From: Verrucomicrobiota bacterium
GTDB taxonomy: Bacteria; Verrucomicrobiota; Verrucomicrobiia; Limisphaerales; UBA11358
Length of the DNA: 64,000 nucleotides
Direction: 5' to 3'
NCBI GenBank assembly: GCA_049509875.1
Contig: JBEKZM010000017.1
Location: 2,529-66,528, forward strand
A model generated the notes under the pieces. It was not told the origin of the DNA and made no database searches. It saw nothing but the letters and a program-made list of their open reading frames with translations. Below, one piece after another: positions 37,488 to 46,738 of this stretch. Within the stretch, counting starts at the first letter, position 1. Each line of letters begins with the position of its first letter. A program made the translations under genes and the position numbers.

Positions 37488-38557
37488 GTGGCGATGGACT
37501 CGTTGGTGAGGCGATTGGCCAAAAGGATGGCCCCTTGGGCGTCAGGGGCAGAACCATCCGCCCCAATGATCTTCCAGAGGTCCGGATCGGTTTTAAAGGG
37601 ATAACCACCAACCAGGATTTTCACATGGCCGCAGTCGGGCGTGCGGCGCACGGCGGCAATGAGGGACTCGACCGCCCGGACATGATAGGTGATGGTGGCC
37701 GAAATGGCGAGGGCATCAGCCTGGCGTTGAACGAGGGCCTGGACCACGGCCGATCCGGGCATATTCGCGCCGAGATAATAGGTCTGCCAGCCATCCATCT
37801 CGAAGAAATCGCTCACCATGCGGGCGCCCATTTCATGGAGATCACCGGAAACGCAGGCGGCCACGAGCGCGCCGCGGGTTTTCTCACCGCCGAAGACGTA
37901 AGGATAGAGCTGGGACATGATGAGCTGGGTGGCAGCAGTGCAATAGTGTTCCTGGGCCACGCTGATCTGGTTCACCTGCCAGAGCCGTCCGATCTCATAT
38001 TGGGTGCGCTGGAAGACCTGAAGGTAGAGGTCGCGCACGGCGGTGCCCTGCCGGGCAGCGTCGAGGATCAGCTTGCTGGCTATATGCCGTTCCCCCCGGA
38101 GCAGCGCCTGCAGATATTGACCGGCCAGCGGCGCGAGCGCAGTGCCCTCAGCGATGAAGCCCGGCACGTCGTCTGCCAATTGCGGCAATTGCTGGAGTCC
38201 GCGGTCCAGGAAAACGCAGGCGAGCCGGCTAAACTCCGGCAGCAGTTCCCGCTGCAGGGATTCCTTCATGGTTTCGAGCAGACCCGCGAGGTCCATTGCC
38301 GGAATGCCGCGCTTGGCGAGCATGACCTTGGCCCAGCCAACGTAATCGCCGAACAACGCGGCGCTGTCGGCCGCGATTGCCTGCGCAAGATAGGCAAGAT
38401 GATAACCGGCGTCCTCGAGACATCGATCGCGCCCGGCCGTTCCGTAACGTTGTGCCAGTTCTGGATGGCGGACAAATTCGCGAGCCACCATGAGCGCAGC
38501 CAGAGCGGACCGCCGGTTGTCCAGCGTATCGCTGACCTGCTGGTTTAAGGAATTCAT
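37484..38557 (-). CDS. Stand-alone cobalamin (B12)-binding protein, CarH-type photoreceptor-like module without DNA-binding domain
   Basis: Four-helix B12-binding_2 segment with W193-x9-E203-H204 (GRLWQVNQISVAQEH, nt 37946-37981). Rossmann B12-binding domain with DxHxxG (GDLHEMG, nt 37826-37843). The ~170-aa helical N-terminal domain has no recognised family. Confidence 0.8.
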   Translation of the reverse strand: MNSLNQQVSDTLDNRRSALAALMVAREFVRHPELAQRYGTAGRDRCLEDAGYHLAYLAQAIAADSAALFGDYVGWAKVMLAKRGIPAMDLAGLLETMKESLQRELLPEFSRLACVFLDRGLQQLPQLADDVPGFIAEGTALAPLAGQYLQALLRGERHIASKLILDAARQGTAVRDLYLQVFQRTQYEIGRLWQVNQISVAQEHYCTAATQLIMSQLYPYVFGGEKTRGALVAACVSGDLHEMGARMVSDFFEMDGWQTYYLGANMPGSAVVQALVQRQADALAISATITYHVRAVESLIAAVRRTPDCGHVKILVGGYPFKTDPDLWKIIGADGSAPDAQGAILLANRLTNESIAT

Positions 38558-38563
38558 GCGCGT

Positions 38564-38998
38564 TCACGAGCAGATGTGCTCGAAATGGCGGACGTCCTGA
38601 GCCCCGGGCACGAGCTTCAAGCCTTGGGGAATGCCGTGGTGCGATTCGTGGTAAAGATGGCTGCGGTGCCAGAGCTTGAAGCTGCCGGCATCGGTCCAGT
38701 AAGTGACGAGCCAGATTTCCTCCGGTTTGTCCAGTGGACTGAGGACTTCCATACGCACGAAGCCGGGCTGATCATCCACCAAATGCGGGCGACGCCGGAA
38801 CGCTTCCTTGACCTCGGCCGTCTTGTCATTGGCGATGACAAATTTGCTGAGCACCACGAATGGGCCGGCCACCTTGGCGGAGCGCTCTGGCGGAGACACG
38901 GAAGGGGCCGGTCCGATGGCTTGGTGAAAAGGGCAGCCAGTGGCGCCGGAGGACGGCATTTCTATCTTCACGATTGGGGTGGATTCAGCGTTTGACAT
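38564..38998 (-). CDS. ABM-fold protein, IsdG/HmoA-like putative haem-degrading monooxygenase
   Basis: VVLSKFVIANDK...GFVRMEVL...WLVTYWTDAGSFKLWHRSHLYHESH aligns by eye with the Asn/Trp/His positions of IsdG. The N-terminal extension carries GCPFH, a Cys-Pro motif. Confidence 0.6.
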   Translation of the reverse strand: MSNAESTPIVKIEMPSSGATGCPFHQAIGPAPSVSPPERSAKVAGPFVVLSKFVIANDKTAEVKEAFRRRPHLVDDQPGFVRMEVLSPLDKPEEIWLVTYWTDAGSFKLWHRSHLYHESHHGIPQGLKLVPGAQDVRHFEHICS

Positions 38999-39025
38999 GG
39001 CAGGTTATTTTGTTAATTGGCGTCG

Positions 39026-41098
39026 TTAAAACAACTCCACATTGTCGCCCAAGTCTCCGCTGGCTGCTGGTTTCGTTTGTGCCACCGGAAGCGTCGGCGT
39101 CGGCGGGCTGATTTTCGTCGCCATCAATTCAGCCGGGCGCGGGGGATCTTCCGGCCGCTCACTTGGAGGAGGGACTTCGCCGGAGGGGTCGGCAATGCGG
39201 GGCGCGGGTGACGCGGAAAAATCGTCGAACAGCTCGATTGAAGACTCGGAAGCGTGCGAGCTTGCCGGCGCCAGCGCCGGTTGTAAAGCGGTCGCGTGCG
39301 CTTGCCGCTCCGACTCCATGGTGTATTTGGATTTGAGACTGTCAATCCTCTGGGAGGCCGCAGTCTCGTCCAACGATGCCGGACCGGCCGCGCCGCCCCA
39401 AGCCACTAAATCCTGAAAGAAGCCGCTGGACCGAAGTCTGGCTTGGGCGACGGTTACGGGAAATTGGATATCCGCCATGACCTTCTCGACGGATGCGGCA
39501 AAGGTCTCTTGTCGCTGAGTGACCCCCCGGATCTGAACGGGGATGGCACTTTCCAGGTCCGCGAGCTTTTTCATGGAGAGCGCCGATTCCTCGGAAAGGA
39601 CTGCCTGTTCCGCCTGTCCGAGTATCTGAAAGTCTTCCAGCCGCTGCCGGAGATTGTTCACCATCTCCGAGGCGTGGCTGAGCACCCCCCCCATTCGTGC
39701 CACGTGCTCGATGACATCTTCCGAAATGAAGTTCACGCGCCCTGCCAGCACTTCCAAGGTGGCTCCGGCGGGTGTACGGATGGCGAAGACCTGGGCGTTC
39801 AACCCGGCTAGCCGAACGTCGCCAGCCAAGGCGGTCGCTTTGGCGGTGCAGTCAACAAAGCTGGCTTGCAGGGGCTCGAAAGCCGAGACAATGCCGGCAA
39901 TTTTCTGCACCGCCTGCTTCACAATACTCAGAATCTCATCGACGCCAGCCTGGCACTGCCGGTTGACTTTGGCGTCCAGCGTGGCGCCGCACACCTTGAC
40001 CGCCAATTCGGCGGCGGCACCGACCTCGGTGCGCAGGCTCTGGATGCCTGACTTAAGACTATCGGCGGCTTGGTTGAGCTGGTCGAACATACTTTGGACC
40101 TGCTGCAATTGAATCTGGCCGGCCTGGAACACGAACTGGCGCGCCTGCGCATCAGTGGCCGGCGTGGCGGCCCGGCCAGCGCCCAGATGCGCGCGCATCT
40201 CATCCATCGCTCCGCCGACGTGCTCGATTCTTTGACGGGTGATGTCCTGGCATTGCAGGGCCATGACGATGCCATTGATGTGGCCCGTGACCGCCTGGTT
40301 TCGCTGGGACAAGTCGGTGGCCCCGGCCCCGGAGCGGATGAGCGCCTGGCTCAGTGCACCCAACTGGGCGCGAGTCGCCGCCAAAGTGATCGTCACTTTC
40401 TTTCGATGCTCTTGAATCGAGCCGGAAATTTGCCGCATCAGGCTGTGGGCGATTCGCTCGCTCGCCGCGAGTTCATCAAATTGCCTTTCCATCGTGCTGC
40501 GGACATCATGCACCGTCCGGTTCACATGGTCGGAAAGAGTGAAGAAAGCCTGCTGCACTTCCACCGGATGGCGGCTAGCTTCGATGCGGAATGACATCGT
40601 GATGAAGCTTAGCGGCAGGAGAACGCGCATGAGTTCATCGCGCTGCTGGGAAGCCTGGGCGAGCCGTTGCTGCAGCTCGTTAAACATGGCGAACACGTGA
40701 TCGTATTGATCATAGCTGGCCAGCACCAGGTCCTCCGCTTTTTTGAGCAATTGGAAGGCGAATTGGACGGCGGCGTCCTGGGTCTGGCCCAAGGTCAGGT
40801 CGGTGAGTGACTGGCATTCCTTTTGGTTTTCGCCCAACTGTCGTGCCAGGTCTTCCAGGCCATTGCCGGTGGCCAGGAATTCCGTCTCCATGCCACGCGC
40901 CAGAGATGAGAGAGAATCCTTTTCTTCCTGGAGCCGGGAGGCCCAGACGCCCGCTTCCATTCGCCCGGAGGATCTGGCGACAGTCGCACGATACCACGCC
41001 CGGGCTCCCAGGCCATGGCCGCGCGTCAGTAAAGCCCTGCCCGCCTGCTGCAAGCGGCGAGCTTGCTCGCGGATCTTTATGTCGGTTGGCCAACGCAT
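39026..41098 (-). CDS. Cytoplasmic coiled-coil protein with two degenerate MCP-tip-like segments and a Pro-rich tail (atypical chemoreceptor-like protein)
   Basis: ATG 41098 lies 14 nt after the cheB stop. The segments LSFITMSFRIEASRHPVEVQQAFFTLSDHVNRTV and LAGLNAQVFAIRTPAGATLEVLAGRVNFISEDV echo [34 protein letters not shown] of the neighbouring MCP. There is a QCQDITRQRIEHV motif. The tail contains SIELFDDF and ends DNVELF. Confidence 0.55.
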   Translation of the reverse strand: MRWPTDIKIREQARRLQQAGRALLTRGHGLGARAWYRATVARSSGRMEAGVWASRLQEEKDSLSSLARGMETEFLATGNGLEDLARQLGENQKECQSLTDLTLGQTQDAAVQFAFQLLKKAEDLVLASYDQYDHVFAMFNELQQRLAQASQQRDELMRVLLPLSFITMSFRIEASRHPVEVQQAFFTLSDHVNRTVHDVRSTMERQFDELAASERIAHSLMRQISGSIQEHRKKVTITLAATRAQLGALSQALIRSGAGATDLSQRNQAVTGHINGIVMALQCQDITRQRIEHVGGAMDEMRAHLGAGRAATPATDAQARQFVFQAGQIQLQQVQSMFDQLNQAADSLKSGIQSLRTEVGAAAELAVKVCGATLDAKVNRQCQAGVDEILSIVKQAVQKIAGIVSAFEPLQASFVDCTAKATALAGDVRLAGLNAQVFAIRTPAGATLEVLAGRVNFISEDVIEHVARMGGVLSHASEMVNNLRQRLEDFQILGQAEQAVLSEESALSMKKLADLESAIPVQIRGVTQRQETFAASVEKVMADIQFPVTVAQARLRSSGFFQDLVAWGGAAGPASLDETAASQRIDSLKSKYTMESERQAHATALQPALAPASSHASESSIELFDDFSASPAPRIADPSGEVPPPSERPEDPPRPAELMATKISPPTPTLPVAQTKPAASGDLGDNVELF

Positions 41099-41112
41099 TG
41101 GATTTTGATTGG

Positions 41113-42195
41113 TTAATTTGTCCGCCCTGCCGCGCGCACCACTTCGCGCGCGAGTTGTCCGAGCGGGTAAATTTGATTCACACCGCCCCGCTTGATGGCC
41201 TCCGCGGGCATGCCGAAGACGACACAACTTGCTTCGTCCTGCGCGAAGGTGATCGCGCCCGCCTCCTTCATTTCCAACATTCCGCGTGCGCCATCGTCGC
41301 CCATGCCGGTCATGATGACACCAATGGCATTTTTGCCGGCGTAGCGCGCGGTAGAGCGGAAAAGCACGTCCACGGACGGCCGATGGCGGCTGACGAGCGG
41401 CCCGTCTTTGACCTCGACATAATAGCGCGCGCCGCTGCGTTTGAGCAGCAAGTGCCGGTTCCCCGGGGCGATGAGGGCCTGACCGCGGAGCACCGAATCG
41501 CCGTCGGCAGCTTCTTTAACGGTCACCGCGCACAGGCCGTCGAGGCGCTGCGCGAAACTGGCGGTGAATTTTTCGGGCATGTGCTGGACAATGATGATTC
41601 CCGGCGCGTCCGGCGGCATGGCCTCGAGAAAAATTCGCAGCGCCTCGGTTCCGCCCGTGGACGCTCCCACCGCGACAATTCGTTCGGTGGTCTGGATCAT
41701 CGCCATTGAAGCCGGTTTGGCCAGCATGGCGTCGGCCGTGAGTTTTGGTGCCACGACCACTTGGGGGGCGGGCTTGGGACCAGGGTGGCCGAGGCGCGCC
41801 TGCGCGGCGGATTTTACGGCATCACAAATTCGTATGCAGGATTCTTCAAGAAACTGCTTGGTGCCGAGTTTGGGTTTGGTGATGATTTCGACGGCGCCTT
41901 TTTCCAACGCGGCCAGTGCGGTTTCTGAACCCTTTTCAGTCAGGGTGGAGCAGATGACCACCGGGATGGGGCATTGGGCCATCAGCTTTTCCAGAAACGT
42001 GATGCCGTCCATGCGCGGCATCTCCACATCCAGGGTGATCACGTCGGGCACCTGCTGTTTGATGCGTTCGACGGCAATGTAAGGATCCGCCGCCGTGGCC
42101 AAGACCTCGATCTGGGGATCGCTTTCCAGAATCTCTTTCATGGTCTGGCGCACCACGGCGCTGTCGTCCACCACCAGCACTCGGATTTTTTTCAT
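41113..42195 (-). CDS. cheB: Protein-glutamate methylesterase/glutaminase (REC plus CheB catalytic domain)
   Basis: [46 protein letters not shown]. Confidence 0.9.
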   Translation of the reverse strand: MKKIRVLVVDDSAVVRQTMKEILESDPQIEVLATAADPYIAVERIKQQVPDVITLDVEMPRMDGITFLEKLMAQCPIPVVICSTLTEKGSETALAALEKGAVEIITKPKLGTKQFLEESCIRICDAVKSAAQARLGHPGPKPAPQVVVAPKLTADAMLAKPASMAMIQTTERIVAVGASTGGTEALRIFLEAMPPDAPGIIIVQHMPEKFTASFAQRLDGLCAVTVKEAADGDSVLRGQALIAPGNRHLLLKRSGARYYVEVKDGPLVSRHRPSVDVLFRSTARYAGKNAIGVIMTGMGDDGARGMLEMKEAGAITFAQDEASCVVFGMPAEAIKRGGVNQIYPLGQLAREVVRAAGRTN

Positions 42196-42707
42196 ATTTT
42201 GGTCGCTCCCCGGGACAGCCATCTGTGCAGCACCTCGCCCGTTTGCGTATTGAACATGATTTTGCAGCCGCGGTTGCCGCCCACGCTCTGGGCCTTGATG
42301 CGAAACCGAGCCGCCTTGAGAAGGCGTCGCGCCATGGCGATATTGGCATGACCGATCGAGCGATCGCTATGGGAATCGCCGCCCAGGTCAACGACATTGC
42401 CGCCGCCGAACAATTTCACCTCCACCTCACTGGGCGGCAATCCGAGCCGGAAAAAACGCCCGGCCATCGCGGGGAGGGCGTCGCTCAGATAGCGGAAACG
42501 ACGGGCCGGCTCCGGGCCGGGCGGAATTTCCCCGTGCGGTTCCGGCAGCAGGGCGTGGCAGATGGCCGCCAGACGAAAGCGGGCATTGAACATCGTTACG
42601 GACACACAGGATCCGAGCAGGGTCAGAACCCATTGCGGTTCCTGCGTGACCAGCAACTCGCCGGGCTGCAATTGAACCTGCGGTATCGGAGGACCCGGTG
42701 GTTTCAT
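42192..42707 (-). CDS. cheD: Chemoreceptor glutamine deamidase
   Basis: [21 protein letters not shown] and [17 protein letters not shown]. There are ATGA overlaps at both ends. Confidence 0.85.
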   Translation of the reverse strand: MKPPGPPIPQVQLQPGELLVTQEPQWVLTLLGSCVSVTMFNARFRLAAICHALLPEPHGEIPPGPEPARRFRYLSDALPAMAGRFFRLGLPPSEVEVKLFGGGNVVDLGGDSHSDRSIGHANIAMARRLLKAARFRIKAQSVGGNRGCKIMFNTQTGEVLHRWLSRGATKI

Positions 42708-43579
42708 AATGGTTTCCGGTACACGGCGGAAGCAATGCACTTCACCGGCAGTGTCAAGCCCGCCAGGGATTCAGAATGCCCCACGAAAAGATAGCCTCCG
42801 GGAACCAGATTCCGGCAGAGTTTGTGGATGACGGCTTCCTGGGTGGGCTTGTTAAAATAGATCATCACATTGCGAAAGAAAATCACGTCAAACATCTCCT
42901 TCACGCCATAATCCGCCGCCATGAAGTTCAGTCGGTGATAGGAGATTTTAGCCCGCAACTTCGGGATGATGCGCACCTGTTTTTGGGCCGGGTCTTTGCT
43001 GCGCAGCAAGTACTTGGTCCGCCAGGCCGGCGGCACGGGAATGACTCGTTCTTCGTCATAGATGCCAAGCTGGGCATGGTCGAGCACCTTGGTGGAAATG
43101 TCCGTGGCCAGCAGGGAAAAATCGAAGCCGGTCCGCACCTCGCCGAATTCACTTAGGACCATGGCCAGGGTGTAAGGCTCCTCGCCCGAGGAGCAGCCGG
43201 CACACCAGAGTTTCAAGCGCCAGGGCCGTTCAAGGGCGCCGGCGCGAGTCCTGGGATCCAGAGCCGGCAGTGCCGTCCGGGCCAGGTAGTCAAAGTGCTG
43301 AGACTCGCGGAAGAAGTCTGTCTTGTTGGTCGTGATGGCATTGATGAAATGCACGCGCTCTTCGTTGCCTTGGGCTGAGTCAAAGAGATAGCTCTGGTAT
43401 TGATCCAGCGTGCCCAGGCCCAGGGCCCGCAGCCGGCGTTGCAGCCGGCTTTGCAGCATGGGCAGCTTGGCGGGCGACATCGTGATGCCCAATTCCCCGG
43501 TGATGTATTTGCAGAATCGAGCCAGACTGTCGGCCGACAACCCCGGGGTCTCCAGCGTTTGCGGCACGGGGGAACTCAT
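42704..43579 (-). CDS. cheR: Chemotaxis protein methyltransferase
   Basis: TNKTDFFRE and WCAGCSSGEEPYTLAM (SAM-binding). The ORF is 291 aa. Confidence 0.9.
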   Translation of the reverse strand: MSSPVPQTLETPGLSADSLARFCKYITGELGITMSPAKLPMLQSRLQRRLRALGLGTLDQYQSYLFDSAQGNEERVHFINAITTNKTDFFRESQHFDYLARTALPALDPRTRAGALERPWRLKLWCAGCSSGEEPYTLAMVLSEFGEVRTGFDFSLLATDISTKVLDHAQLGIYDEERVIPVPPAWRTKYLLRSKDPAQKQVRIIPKLRAKISYHRLNFMAADYGVKEMFDVIFFRNVMIYFNKPTQEAVIHKLCRNLVPGGYLFVGHSESLAGLTLPVKCIASAVYRKPL

Positions 43580-43652
43580 GGGTTGCCTCCGGTCCAGTCA
43601 ACCGATGACCGTGTCGCCCGCACGCAGGCCCGGCTCTTAAGCATTTGGATTT

Positions 43653-44066
43653 TCATTGTTCAGTCGTCCGGCTTTCGTCGCCATTCCAGATATTTGCCCC
43701 ATAATTCTTGTCCAACGCCGCTTCGACCGCTGCAACCAACGACGTGCTTGAGAACGGTTTTCCCAATGAGATATCCGCGCCCAAACCGCGTGCCTCAGCG
43801 AACCTGTTCGATGGCGATTGGTAGGAGCTGATGGCGATGAACGGCACGTTAAGCTTCATCGCCCGCACCTTCCTCATGATCTCCAGCCCGTCCGGAGGTG
43901 GCATATGGATATCCGTGATCACCAGGTCCACGCGTTCCTTGCGTAGCATTTCCAGCGCTTCGGCTCCCGACGACATGGACCACACCTCGTGGGATTCTCG
44001 CCGGAGAACTGATTTCACGAAGGTGAGAACCGATTCCGAGTCGTCTATGACCAGGATTTTCGCCAT
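43653..44066 (-). CDS. Single-domain response regulator (CheY-like) with short C-terminal extension
   Basis: MAKILVIDDSESV...DLVITDIHMPPPDGLEI...LGKPF. Confidence 0.85.
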   Translation of the reverse strand: MAKILVIDDSESVLTFVKSVLRRESHEVWSMSSGAEALEMLRKERVDLVITDIHMPPPDGLEIMRKVRAMKLNVPFIAISSYQSPSNRFAEARGLGADISLGKPFSSTSLVAAVEAALDKNYGANIWNGDESRTTEQ

Positions 44067-44100
44067 GAGATGGCTTGCGTCTTGCGATTGGATCGGGCCT

Positions 44101-44610
44101 TTAAGCCGGAACTGCCGCGGCTTCGGCGGCAATCTCCGCGGTTTTCAGGAGCGCCGGGCCGGCCGAGGCAAAGACCCGGTTGATGTCGAGGATGATGATG
44201 AACTCATCACCTCGCCGGCCCATGCCCTGTATCAAGTCCGTGCGCCAGCGCATGGCGATGCGCGGGGGCGGATTGATCTGGCCGGCTTCCAGTTCGATGA
44301 CTTCATGCACGCTGTCGGCGATGCCGCCCAGGACCGTGGTCTCGCCATCGAGCTCCAGCTCCAACACGACGATGCGGCTGTTGATCGTGTCGGGCGTGGA
44401 AGGCAGGCCGAACTTAAGGCGCAGGTCCACCACGGGAATGGCTTTGCCGCGGACGTTGACCACGCCGCGCATGTAGTCGGGCGCGGTCGGCACCTTGGTG
44501 ATTTGGGGGAGCTCCAGCACTTCGCGCACCTGCGTGACGTTGATGGCGAACAGTTCGTCACCCAACTTGAAGGTGATATACTGTGCAGTTTCGTTAAAGG
44601 TCGTGCTCAT
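44101..44610 (-). CDS. cheW: Chemotaxis coupling protein CheW
   Basis: YITFKLGDELFAINVTQVREVLE...VNVRGKAIPVVDLRLKFG...IIILDINRVF. Confidence 0.9.
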   Translation of the reverse strand: MSTTFNETAQYITFKLGDELFAINVTQVREVLELPQITKVPTAPDYMRGVVNVRGKAIPVVDLRLKFGLPSTPDTINSRIVVLELELDGETTVLGGIADSVHEVIELEAGQINPPPRIAMRWRTDLIQGMGRRGDEFIIILDINRVFASAGPALLKTAEIAAEAAAVPA

Positions 44611-44630
44611 AGGCTCAAGTGCTGGGTGGC

Positions 44631-46730
44631 TTAGTAACTGGTGAACTCCTTGTCTTGAGCGTCGCCGTGGCCATTGCCATTACTTTTCCGGGGTTCGGCT
44701 CCCAAGTTGATGGCAACGGTGGCCGGTTTGGCGGCCCGGGGCTTCTCCATGTGCGATGGAGCGATCACCAATGGCTTCTTTCCATTCGCAGCGGGCTTCA
44801 TTGAAGGAGCGGCCTTGATGGAGGCACTGCTGCGTTTGGACGAGGCGTCGTCCATTTTAAAGAAACTGATGGATTGCTGGAGCTGTTCGGCCTGACTGGA
44901 CAACTCTTCGGAGGTGGAAGCCATTTCCTCCGAAGCGGAGGCGTTCTGCTGGATGACTTGGTCGAGTTGTTGAATGGCCTTGTTGACCTGGGAGGCGCCG
45001 GTGTTCTGTTCGGCGCTGGCGGCATTGATTTCCTGGACCAATTCGGCCGTCTTGCGGATGTCCGGCACCAGTTTGGTGAGCATTTCGCCCGCACCTTGGG
45101 CGACCCGGACGCCATCGGTGGCGAGTTTGGTGATTTCCGCGGCCGCACCCTGGCTGCGTTCGGCCAGCTTGCGCACTTCGCTGGCGACCACCGCAAAGCC
45201 TTTGCCGTGTTCGCCGGCCCGGGCGGCCTCGACGGCCGCATTGAGCGCGAGCAAGTCGGTCTTGCGGGCGATTTCTTCGATAATGTTGATCTTTTCCGCG
45301 ATTTCCTTCATTGCGGTCACCGTCTGTCCAACAGCCTCCCCGCTGGCCTTGGCATCTTCGGCGGCTTGGGAGGCCAGCTTGTCAGTCTGTTTGGCGTTGT
45401 CGGCATTTTGCTGGATGCTCGAAGTCATTTCCTCCATTGAAGAAGTCGTCTCCTCGGCGGAGGCCGCCTGCTCGGACGCGCCTTGAGAGAGTTGTTGGGC
45501 CGTGGCGCTCATCTCCTCGCTGCCTTGAGCGACGTTATTGGCGGCGCTGACGGTTTCACTGACGACGGTGCGTAACTTTTCGACCATTCCATTGAGCGCT
45601 TCCAAGGTCAGCCCGATTTCGTCCCGATTCTTGATTTCTGCCGTGCGGGTCAGATCGCCCCCGGCGACCGCCCCGGCCAATTGCGATGCCTGGTTCAAAG
45701 ATTTGATGATGTAGCTTAGCAGCCAAGTCGTGGTTCCCACGCCCACCAGGATGGCGGCGATCAGAATTCCGATCAGAAGATTCCGCGCCATGGCATATTC
45801 TTTGACTGCGGATTCCTTGGCCGCTGCCATTTCTTTATTATTCTTGTCAATGATGAATTCCAATGCCGCTTCGGAGGCGTCGGCGAGCTTGCGGCCGTTG
45901 CCGGTTGAAAGCTTCATGGCTTCCGAATTGCCATTTTCCATGGCGAGCCGGCTCACTTGGTCGTGAATATCGAGAAACTTGTTCCAAGCGGAGCGGAAAA
46001 GGGCCAGTTTGGCCTGTTCATCCGCGTTGGCGGCTTTGTCCAGTTCGGCCAAACGGGCGGTTATTTGCGTCTTGAGTTCCTCAATCTGCTTGGCTTGGGC
46101 CTCCATCGCCGTCTTGTCGGTTTCGATGATTAAGTTTTTTTCCGCCCGGTGGATGGCCAGCAAATTTTGTCCCGCGTGGGAGGCACTCAAAGCGGCTTGC
46201 ATCAGCTCAGGGGTCTCCTTCGCGCGCTTGGCAAACTGCGCTTCGAGGTCCGACAGAATGGCTTCAGCCGCATCCAGCGCGTTGCGACCCTCGGTTTTGG
46301 AAAGCGCCTGCGCCCGCACATTCGAATTGAGCAAGGCAAGCTCACTCACTTTTTTGTGATTTTCCTTGAACTGCTGCCATTGGTCCGCAAATTCCTTTAC
46401 TTTGGCTTTGCCTTCGCCAGTAGCCAATGCGTCGAGCTTTTGCCGGCTTTCCTCCAAGGCCGCCATATAAATGTCAATGTTCGCGGCTTGTTGATTCTTA
46501 CCCTCGACGGTGTCATCCAAAATCATGTTCTTCTCCCCCCGGCAGACTTTCAAGAATTGCTGGTCAATCTCTCCGGCCAACTCAACCTTGGCGGCATTGT
46601 TATCGACAATGGTATTGAGCTGTTCGTTAATGGTGCTGAGTTTCTTGATCCCCAGCACCGCCGAGACCGTCAGCATGCCCAGCACGACGGTGAAACCGAG
46701 AATGAGTTTTGTTTTTATTGTTAATTTCAT
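44631..46730 (-). CDS. Methyl-accepting chemotaxis protein with large helical (HBM/double 4HB-like) periplasmic domain, HAMP and MCP signalling domain
   Basis: TM1 (LILGFTVVLGMLTVSAVLGI), a ~300-aa Lys/Ala/Glu-rich helical ectodomain and TM2 are present. The tip is [35 protein letters not shown]. The C-terminus is ...KEFTSY. Confidence 0.9.
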   Translation of the reverse strand: MKLTIKTKLILGFTVVLGMLTVSAVLGIKKLSTINEQLNTIVDNNAAKVELAGEIDQQFLKVCRGEKNMILDDTVEGKNQQAANIDIYMAALEESRQKLDALATGEGKAKVKEFADQWQQFKENHKKVSELALLNSNVRAQALSKTEGRNALDAAEAILSDLEAQFAKRAKETPELMQAALSASHAGQNLLAIHRAEKNLIIETDKTAMEAQAKQIEELKTQITARLAELDKAANADEQAKLALFRSAWNKFLDIHDQVSRLAMENGNSEAMKLSTGNGRKLADASEAALEFIIDKNNKEMAAAKESAVKEYAMARNLLIGILIAAILVGVGTTTWLLSYIIKSLNQASQLAGAVAGGDLTRTAEIKNRDEIGLTLEALNGMVEKLRTVVSETVSAANNVAQGSEEMSATAQQLSQGASEQAASAEETTSSMEEMTSSIQQNADNAKQTDKLASQAAEDAKASGEAVGQTVTAMKEIAEKINIIEEIARKTDLLALNAAVEAARAGEHGKGFAVVASEVRKLAERSQGAAAEITKLATDGVRVAQGAGEMLTKLVPDIRKTAELVQEINAASAEQNTGASQVNKAIQQLDQVIQQNASASEEMASTSEELSSQAEQLQQSISFFKMDDASSKRSSASIKAAPSMKPAANGKKPLVIAPSHMEKPRAAKPATVAINLGAEPRKSNGNGHGDAQDKEFTSY

Positions 46731-46738
46731 GTTTTCTA

